A stretch of DNA of 38,513 nucleotides from a virus (lineage: Duplodnaviria; Caudoviricetes): IMG/VR virus record IMGVR_UViG_3300008255_000060, positions 1 through 38,513 of that record; one strand, written 5' to 3'. This document shows, in pieces, positions 32,283 to 38,513 of the stretch (position 1 is the first letter of the stretch; the number at the start of each line of letters is the position of its first letter). The notes under the pieces are model-generated. The model saw nothing but the letters and a program-made list of their open reading frames with translations. It was not told the DNA's origin and ran no database searches. Both the position numbers and the translations under genes were made by a program.

Positions 32283-32707
32283 GCGCCCGCCGCGGAGACG
32301 TCATCCGGACCCTCCACTCGATCCTCGCCGCCTACGCGCCGCTCACCGACCTCCTCGACGGAGGCTCCGCGGGCGTCCTCGGCTCGACCGCTTCGGTCGA
32401 GGACGGCCTCCCCCTCCCCTGTCTGGTCCTCGGAATGGGCGTCGCCGCCCCCGCCCAACAGGGCGACGAGTGGACCTGGGATATCGCCGTCGACGCCTTC
32501 GCCGCCGACGTCTTCGACCTCGCGGACGTCCTCGACGAGCTCGAAGACGCCTGTCTGGAGTACCGCTCCTCGGCGTCCCACCCCATCCTCCTCGCCCAGC
32601 TCCTCCCGGGGAACGCCGACGACCTCGGCGACGCCCTCCCGGGGCTCGGATATCGCACCCTCGCGGCCGCTCGACTCACCGTCACGGCCCGCTGGGTAGC
32701 CCAGTAG
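32279..32707 (+). CDS. Tail terminator protein, putative (142 aa)
   Basis: Acidic; LPLPCLVL; immediately precedes the major tail gene. Confidence 0.6.
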   Translation: MSARRGDVIRTLHSILAAYAPLTDLLDGGSAGVLGSTASVEDGLPLPCLVLGMGVAAPAQQGDEWTWDIAVDAFAADVFDLADVLDELEDACLEYRSSASHPILLAQLLPGNADDLGDALPGLGYRTLAAARLTVTARWVAQ

Positions 32708-32720
32708 AAGGGGGCTCACC

Positions 32721-33524
32721 ATGCCCACTGTCACGCCCGCCCGCGTCACGTTCTCCGCGAAGACGCGCCTCTACTACGGAATCCAAGGCACGCCGGACGC
32801 CTCGCTCGCCCACTTCGGCCTCCTCGGTCAGTCGGCGACCATGAACCTCGACCAGACCTTCCGGCAGAAGATGGACCAGTTCCCCGAGGTCGAGGTCGCC
32901 TCGGCGATTCAAGCCCAGTCGGGGAGCATGGAAGCCGTCCTCCGGGAGTGGAAGCGCGACGCCCTCCTCATGGGCTTGGGCCTCCACTCGACCGATATCA
33001 CCGAGGAGGCCGCCGCCGACACGGTCGTCCTTGCGTCCGCCGGGGAGGCCGTGACCTTCGACGCCGCGGGCGTCGCGGTCCTCGCGCATCCGATGAAGAG
33101 CGGCGAGGCCCTCGCCGTCAACAGCGCCGCGGGCGGGGGCGGGACGGCCTCGGTCGCCGGGACGGACTACTTCGTCGTCGAGCGCGACAAGGAAGGCCGG
33201 ACGCTCCTGGTCCGCATCGGCGGAGGCAACATCGCCGCCGAGGCGACGGTCTACGTCGCCTACACGTACAACATCCCCGCCTACGAGGAGTACCCCGTCG
33301 GCCGGATCGGACAGTCGCGCTACTGGACGCTCCGCCTGGAGGAGGACTTCACGAACGGCGGCCGCATGGCGATCTACATTCCGCGCGCCCGGATCGGCCT
33401 CCGCGGCGGCCTCAACCTCAACGCCCCCGAGGGCGCCGACATGCCCGTCACGATCCAGGCGCTCTTCGACACGACCGCGGACGCCCTCATGACGATCCGT
33501 AACTACGAGGTCGCGCCCGCCTGA
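32721..33524 (+). CDS. Major tail (tube) protein (267 aa)
   Basis: Synteny; beta-rich; IYIPRA and MPVTIQAL C-terminal tube-protein pattern; hairpins follow. Confidence 0.75.
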   Translation: MPTVTPARVTFSAKTRLYYGIQGTPDASLAHFGLLGQSATMNLDQTFRQKMDQFPEVEVASAIQAQSGSMEAVLREWKRDALLMGLGLHSTDITEEAAADTVVLASAGEAVTFDAAGVAVLAHPMKSGEALAVNSAAGGGGTASVAGTDYFVVERDKEGRTLLVRIGGGNIAAEATVYVAYTYNIPAYEEYPVGRIGQSRYWTLRLEEDFTNGGRMAIYIPRARIGLRGGLNLNAPEGADMPVTIQALFDTTADALMTIRNYEVAPA

Positions 33525-33557
33525 TAGGCTGGAGCTCTCCTCGTCCGGGGAGAACCT

Positions 33558-33601
33558 CGGAGCGCGCGCTCTCGGTCTTTGGCCGGAGCGCGCGCTCCGT
33601 T
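33558..33601 (+). repeat. Paired GAGCGCGCGCTC palindromes forming a long hairpin
   Basis: CGGAGCGCGCGCTC at 33558-33571 and 33584-33597; the core is self-complementary. Confidence 0.75.
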
Positions 33602-33626
33602 GTACCCTCGGAGCTGGAGGTCCCCC

Positions 33627-34196
33627 ATGCTGGACAGGTTTCGCCGCCGGACGAAGACGAAGAAGGCCGACGAGCTCGACGAGCTCCGCGCCGAGCTCCG
33701 CCGCGAGCGCGAGCGCGCGCACGGTCGCGAGGAGGCGCTCTCGGGCGAGCTCGCCGCGCTCCGCGCGAGCATGGCCGCCGTCCCCGGGCTCCCGGGGGGC
33801 GACACGCCCTCGGCCGTGACGGTCGGCGGCGTCGCCGTGACGATCCGCCCGCTCCCCCCCGTCGAGTGGCTCGAAGCCCTCGGCGAGCTCCCCGGCTTCC
33901 TCTACGCGCACGCGCGCGCGAGCGTCGGCGGGGAGGACGTCGATCCGTCCGAGCTCGCCGGGATGGTCGCGAGCGTCCGGCGATGGCTCCGCGCGTGCCT
34001 CCGCCCCGAGGACCTGGAGCGCGTCGACCTGGAGGAGCTCACGCTCCCGGAGGCCGCTCACGGTCTGGGGGTGATGGCGAGAAAGAACGGGCTCGACGAG
34101 AATCTCGCCGCCTTCTTTCGAGAGCGAGGGGTGGCTTCCATCGGTCGACCTGACGTGCCAGAGGTACGGGATACTCCCGAGCGAGCTCCTTCGTAG
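33627..34196 (+). CDS. Tail assembly chaperone, G-like (189 aa)
   Basis: GGAGG RBS at ATG 33627; lies between the major tail and tape measure genes. Confidence 0.7.
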   Translation: MLDRFRRRTKTKKADELDELRAELRRERERAHGREEALSGELAALRASMAAVPGLPGGDTPSAVTVGGVAVTIRPLPPVEWLEALGELPGFLYAHARASVGGEDVDPSELAGMVASVRRWLRACLRPEDLERVDLEELTLPEAAHGLGVMARKNGLDENLAAFFRERGVASIGRPDVPEVRDTPERAPS

Positions 34197-34419
34197 GAGC
34201 GGCTCGTCCTTCGGCCTCGACGTCGCGGTCGCCATGCGCGCCGACGAGGAGGACGCGCGCCTCCAGACCGGCCGCTGGGCCTGGGTCCCACTCCAGAACG
34301 CGCTCGCCCAGCTCGGGCTCTACGCGCCGCCGGAGGGCCCGCGCGAGGCCGCACCCGTCAAGCCCGACGGGTCGTCAAGTACCGGAAGAGTGAGAGGCGA
34401 GGCTACCGTGTGGCTCTAG
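34117..34419 (+). CDS. Tail assembly chaperone T-like extension, reached by a probable +1 frameshift
   Basis: The +1 frame reads FESEGWLPSVDLTCQRYGILPSELL..FGLDVAVA to TAG 34419; candidate slip site TTC TTT CGA at 34113-34121. Confidence 0.65.
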   Translation, partial: FESEGWLPSVDLTCQRYGILPSELLRRSGSSFGLDVAVAMRADEEDARLQTGRWAWVPLQNALAQLGLYAPPEGPREAAPVKPDGSSSTGRVRGEATVWL

Positions 34420-34432
34420 GAGGGCCCCGACT

Positions 34433-37400
34433 CTGTCTCGACTGACGCTCGGCGACCTGATCTATAAGCTCGGCTTCGCGAATGAGGAGGAGTTCCTCAC
34501 CGCTCTCAAAGGCATGAACGTCAAGGCCGAGGGCGAAGCGAAGTCGGGCGGAGCTCGTGCTGGGCGGGGCTTCTCCGAGCAATTCAAGGCGACCTTCTCG
34601 GGCGCCGCTATCGGCTCCTTCGTCGGGACGATCTTTACCCAGGCCTTCCTCCGCGCGAATCAGGCCGTCGGGCAATTCTTCCGGGACTCCATCGCCGACG
34701 CGAGCCGCTTCGAGGCCGCCCTCCAGAATGTAAATGTCCTCGCGGCGAACACGCCCGAGCAGATGGACGCGATCCGGACGAGCGTCCTCCGCCTCGCGCC
34801 GAAGGTCGGCGAGGGCCCGAGCGCCCTCACCGAGGCCCTCTACGACATCGTCTCCGCGGGGCAGAGCGGATCGAACGCCCTCCACGTCCTCGAAGTCTCG
34901 TCGAAGGCCGCTCGCGGCGGCCTGACCGATACGAAGACCGCCGCCGACGCGGTCACGACGGCCCTCAACGCTTACGGCCTCGGCGCCTCGGACGCGGAGC
35001 GAATCACCGACGCCCTCATCACGACCGTCCGGCTCGGGAAGACGACGATGGAGGAGCTCGGCCGCGGGATCGGCCCGGTCCTCCCCATCGCCGCCCAGCT
35101 CGGCGTCGGAATCGAGGAGGTCGGCGCCCAGGTCGCGACGCTCACGGCCCAGGGCCTCCGCACGCCCGCCGCTATCACGGGCGTCCGCGCCGCGATGGTC
35201 GCCCTCATTCGCCCGAGCGCGGACGCGAAGAGGCTCGCGAGCGAGCTCGGGATCGAGTTCGACGCTCAGGCCGTGAAGGCGAAGGGCCTCGACGCCGTCC
35301 TCCAGGACGTCCGCGACGCGACCGGCGGGAACGAAGAGCAAATGGCGCGGCTCTTCGGCTCGGTCGAGGCATTGAACGCGGTCCTCGGCCTCACGAGCGA
35401 AGACGGCGCCGCGCGCTTCCAGGCGGCCCAGGCCGAAATGGAGACGGCCGCGGGCGCCACCGAGGAAGCCTTCGAGACGCAGATCGACACCTACGAAGGC
35501 GCCCAGGCACGCTTCAAGGCCGCGATGGAGTCGATCCGCGTCTCCGTCGGGACGCTCCTCCTCCCGGCCCTCGCGACCGCCGCGAACGCCGTCGCCGACT
35601 TCTTCCAGGACGTCCTCGACTACTCCGACCGCTTCATCATCGCCTTCGAGGAGAAGTACCAGACCGCCTTCCGAGCGGCGGATCGAGCCCGCGCCCAAGC
35701 CGCGCTCGAAGCGGCCGCGGAGCTCGACGCGGCGATCCAGTCGGTCCAGCTCGCGCTCGACGGCGAGCTCCAGAGCCTATGGCCGGGCGGAGGCGGCGAC
35801 CGGCGGCCGCCGACCGGCCGCGTCCGGGAGGACCTGGAGCGTCAGCTCGCGGAGCTCCTCGCCCAGCGCGCGGTCCTCCAGCAGGAAGTGATCGACCTCC
35901 AGCGTGCGGGCGAGGTCGCGCTCGGGAGCCCCGGCGACCGGCCGGTCATACAGCCGGACGGGGCCGTCGAGCCCCCGCCGCTCGACGAGCCGCCGCCCGG
36001 ATCGACGCGCGCCGGGCGCGAGGTCGACCCGCTCGTCGACGAGGCGCGGCGCATCACGGCCGACACGCGCCGCCTGGAGGACGCCTACGAGCTGGAGCTC
36101 CTCACGCGGACCGAATACACCCGGAACCTCGAAGCGCACCAGCGGCGCCTCTGGGGGCTCCTCCAGCGCGCCGAGACGCCCGAGCAGAGCGCCGCCGTCC
36201 TCGCGGCCCTCCGCGCCCTCGGCGGCGAGCTGGAGGCGATCTACGAGGAGAACGAGGAGCGCATCCTCGCCGCCCAGGAGGAGTACAGCGCCTCGCGCAT
36301 CGCCGCCTACGAAGCGGAGGCCGCGGAGCGCGAGCGGATCGAGGCCCGCGACACCCGGCGCCGAATCCGGTACCACCGGGAGTACACCGACTCGCGTCGC
36401 GAGGCCGCCGAGCTCGCCGCCGAGGCGGCCGCCGAAGCCGAAGTCGAAGCCGCCGAGGAGGTCGCGCGAATCGAAGCCCGCGAGCTCCGCCGCCGAGTGA
36501 GCGCGCACCAGGAGTACACCGACTCGCGTCGCGCCGCCGCCGAGCTCGCCGCCGCCGAGGAGGAGCGCCTCGCCGCGCGCGTCGCCCGCCGCGAGGAGCG
36601 CGAGCTCCGCGCGCGCGAGGCCGCCCACCGGGAGTACACCGACTCCCGGATGGAGGCCGTTCGCCTCGCCGAGGAGGCCGAGGAGGCTGCCGCCGCGCGC
36701 ATCGCCCGCCGGGAAGCCCGCGCTCTCGCGGCGACCGAGCGGTACCACCTGGAGTACACCGCGTCGCGCCTCGAAGCCGCGCGCGCGGAGGCGGAGCGCG
36801 TCGAGGCCGCGACCGAGCTCCAGCGCGCCCAGACGGACGTCATGCTCCAGGCCGAGGGCGTCCTGGTCCGCTTCACGCGTGCCCAGCGCGACCTCGGGCT
36901 CGCCACCGACGAGGACGTCGCGTCGGCGATCCGCGTCCAAATCGCCGCGCTCGAAGCCCTCCTCGCCTCCGCGGGCGACAATACCGACGCCTTCTACGAG
37001 CTCGTCGCCGCGCTCGTCGCCGCGAAGGCCGCCCTCGACGACCTGGAGGACAGCTCCGGAGGCGGGATCAAGATTCCCCTCCCCGCCGTCGCCGTCACCG
37101 ACGGGGGCTACACCGAGAACCTCGACCGCCTCCAGAAGGACATAGAGGGGCGCATCATGAACGCCGGGAAGAGCCTCGCCGACGCGCTCCTCTCCGGCGA
37201 CCTCGCGAAGGTCGAGGCCGCCCTAAAGGGCGCCTTCGGCTCGGCGACGGACTTCTTCCTCCAGGAGATGCTCGCGGCGATCCTCGGGCCCATCGCGAAG
37301 GAGCTCGCCGCCACCGTCGCGCGGAGCATGGCGGGCGCCGCCGCTGGGAACGCCGCCGCGGGCGCCGCGGGCGGAGCGGCCGCCGCTGGGGGCGCCGCCG

Positions 37401-37693
37401 CCGCGGGCGGAGCGGGCCTCATGGCCGCCCTCGGGCCCATCGCCCTCGTCCTCGGGGGCTTCGCGCTCCTCTCCATGCTCGCGAACGCCCGCCCGGGCCC
37501 ACGCGCGACCACGGGCGCCGACGCCCGCTCGGGCTCCAGCGTGAGCGGCTCCCCGAGCGTGGTCTATAACTTCACGGTCAACGTCGCCGCGCCCGCCGGG
37601 GGCTTCGGCGACCCCGCGTGGGAGATGAAGGTCCGCGACCTCGCGACCGGCGCCGCCGAGGACCTCTACCGCCGCGTGAAGAGGAGCTCCTAG
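34433..37693 (+). CDS. Tail tape measure protein (TP901-like core); first ATG is at 34514, probable start is CTG 34433
   Basis: TEALYDIVSAG, ALNAYGL..DAERITDAL..VRLGKTTMEEL and LFGSVEALNAV motifs; longest ORF, after the chaperone; AGGAGG at 34418-34423. Confidence 0.9.
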   Translation: MSRLTLGDLIYKLGFANEEEFLTALKGMNVKAEGEAKSGGARAGRGFSEQFKATFSGAAIGSFVGTIFTQAFLRANQAVGQFFRDSIADASRFEAALQNVNVLAANTPEQMDAIRTSVLRLAPKVGEGPSALTEALYDIVSAGQSGSNALHVLEVSSKAARGGLTDTKTAADAVTTALNAYGLGASDAERITDALITTVRLGKTTMEELGRGIGPVLPIAAQLGVGIEEVGAQVATLTAQGLRTPAAITGVRAAMVALIRPSADAKRLASELGIEFDAQAVKAKGLDAVLQDVRDATGGNEEQMARLFGSVEALNAVLGLTSEDGAARFQAAQAEMETAAGATEEAFETQIDTYEGAQARFKAAMESIRVSVGTLLLPALATAANAVADFFQDVLDYSDRFIIAFEEKYQTAFRAADRARAQAALEAAAELDAAIQSVQLALDGELQSLWPGGGGDRRPPTGRVREDLERQLAELLAQRAVLQQEVIDLQRAGEVALGSPGDRPVIQPDGAVEPPPLDEPPPGSTRAGREVDPLVDEARRITADTRRLEDAYELELLTRTEYTRNLEAHQRRLWGLLQRAETPEQSAAVLAALRALGGELEAIYEENEERILAAQEEYSASRIAAYEAEAAERERIEARDTRRRIRYHREYTDSRREAAELAAEAAAEAEVEAAEEVARIEARELRRRVSAHQEYTDSRRAAAELAAAEEERLAARVARREERELRAREAAHREYTDSRMEAVRLAEEAEEAAAARIARREARALAATERYHLEYTASRLEAARAEAERVEAATELQRAQTDVMLQAEGVLVRFTRAQRDLGLATDEDVASAIRVQIAALEALLASAGDNTDAFYELVAALVAAKAALDDLEDSSGGGIKIPLPAVAVTDGGYTENLDRLQKDIEGRIMNAGKSLADALLSGDLAKVEAALKGAFGSATDFFLQEMLAAILGPIAKELAATVARSMAGAAAGNAAAGAAGGAAAAGGAAAAGGAGLMAALGPIALVLGGFALLSMLANARPGPRATTGADARSGSSVSGSPSVVYNFTVNVAAPAGGFGDPAWEMKVRDLATGAAEDLYRRVKRSS
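36275..36780 (+). repeat. Five imperfect (H/Q)xEY(T/S)xSR repeats within the tape measure
   Basis: Units start at 36275, 36374, 36506, 36626 and 36746 (33, 44, 40, 40 aa apart). Confidence 0.8.
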
Positions 37694-38139
37694 TGGGCCT
37701 CGATCCGTTCCTGACCATGACCCGCGTCTCCGACTCGGTCGCCCTGACGATCTACGGCGAGGCGGTCTTCGAGCGTGACGCGAGCGCCAACCTCACCGTC
37801 TCCTGGGAGGACCCGCTCCTGACGCGCGACCCCGCCGCGCGCCTCACGCGCGCGGACCTGGAGGGCTTCATCTCGGAGAACGTCGAGCAACAGCGCAACC
37901 GCGCGGGCGCCTACCTGTGCCTCACCGACCCGCTCGGCGTCCTCCTCCGCGTCCAGTGGGGCGAGGGCGACCCGTGGGCGGGCGCGCTCCTCGCGACGCA
38001 AGAGCTCTACGCCGTCGGCGTCCTGTCGGGCGCGAGCGCGAGCCTCCGCGGGGATCGAATGAGTCTCGTCTTCTACCGCGCGGACTACCGCTTCGGGCGG
38101 GGCTCCGGGCTTCTCCAAACCAGGCCGAGCCCCCCCTAA
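37693..38139 (+). CDS. Distal tail protein-like, putative (148 aa)
   Basis: GTG overlaps the tape measure TAG; GAGGAG RBS; synteny. Confidence 0.55.
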   Translation: MGLDPFLTMTRVSDSVALTIYGEAVFERDASANLTVSWEDPLLTRDPAARLTRADLEGFISENVEQQRNRAGAYLCLTDPLGVLLRVQWGEGDPWAGALLATQELYAVGVLSGASASLRGDRMSLVFYRADYRFGRGSGLLQTRPSPP

Positions 38140-38141
38140 GC

Positions 38142-38513
38142 ATGGCGACGCGCACCTACCCACCATTCGACGATTCGGCGAGCCCGTTTGTCCTGTGGCG
38201 CCCGTCCAGCTATGAGGCATGGGCCCCCACGGGGGGAGCGGAGACGCTCGTCCTCGCGTCCCCGACGGACGATAACAACCTCTTTGACCGATGGAGCAAC
38301 CCGAACGTCGTCATTATGGACGACGTCGCCGCGGTCAACTTCGACGCGACCGTCGAGTGGACGTGGGCGGATACGGGCGAGCAAGCGAGCAACACGTCGC
38401 GCGGCTTCGGTATCACCGGCCGCCTGACGGGCACGAGCGGTCCGGGGTATAGCGTGAGCGCGTCCGCGTCGACGGGGAACGTGACCCTTCGCGCGGTCGG
38501 CGCTAATTCCTTC
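38142..38513 (+). CDS. 5' part of the large minor tail protein (continues through the junction into 1-2613)
   Basis: ATG 38142, two nt after TAA 38139; MATRTYPPFDDSASPFVLWRP... open to the window end and in frame with base 1. Confidence 0.75.
   Translation, partial: MATRTYPPFDDSASPFVLWRPSSYEAWAPTGGAETLVLASPTDDNNLFDRWSNPNVVIMDDVAAVNFDATVEWTWADTGEQASNTSRGFGITGRLTGTSGPGYSVSASASTGNVTLRAVGANSF
38391..38513. repeat. Terminal direct repeat, copy 2
   Basis: Identical to 1-123. Confidence 0.95.

Noticed and set aside
35879-35884. Absolute avoidance of CAGCAG (Gln-Gln is often CAA CAG)
   Set aside because: A CAGCAG is present here, so at most depletion; this needs counting.
38391-38513. 123-bp terminal repeat as a biological terminal repeat or att site
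   Set aside because: It falls in the middle of a tail gene and is best explained as assembler overlap on a circular contig.

Overview
The window looks like a complete, circularised genome of a high-GC tailed dsDNA phage with siphovirus-type architecture. Bases 1-123 are identical to 38391-38513, so the unit length is 38,390 bp. All credible genes lie on the + strand. Order: tail tip and fibre genes (38142 across the junction to 4893); a large lysis cassette (4890-7292) with an NlpC/P60-CHAP-like peptidase, lipoproteins and several membrane proteins; early and replication genes (SNF2 helicase, zinc fingers, XRE HTH, SSB-like protein, Prim-Pol, UvrD-like helicase); small accessory genes and a VRR-NUC nuclease (16375-21846); a repeat-rich non-coding region (21847-22297); then terminases, portal, a MuF-zincin fusion, protease, capsid, head-tail joining genes, major tail protein, chaperone and tape measure. 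I saw no integrase, ParA, replicative DNA polymerase, tRNA or CRISPR array. The most notable items are: (1) five promoter-operator elements, CTTGAC-N5-GTCAAG, whose left arm is the -35 box and which head the early and accessory cassettes; (2) a promoter-preceded non-coding locus before terS with oppositely oriented GGTATGG/CCATACC repeat clusters and long-range pairing (ori, pac site or structured RNA); (3) a probable +1 frameshift at TTC-TTT-CGA in the tail chaperone; (4) a probable CTG start for the tape measure gene; (5) a MuF-metallopeptidase followed by a possible immunity gene; (6) apparent avoidance of specific restriction palindromes. All calls come from reading motifs by eye; no searches were run. 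A Deinococcota host is only a guess.
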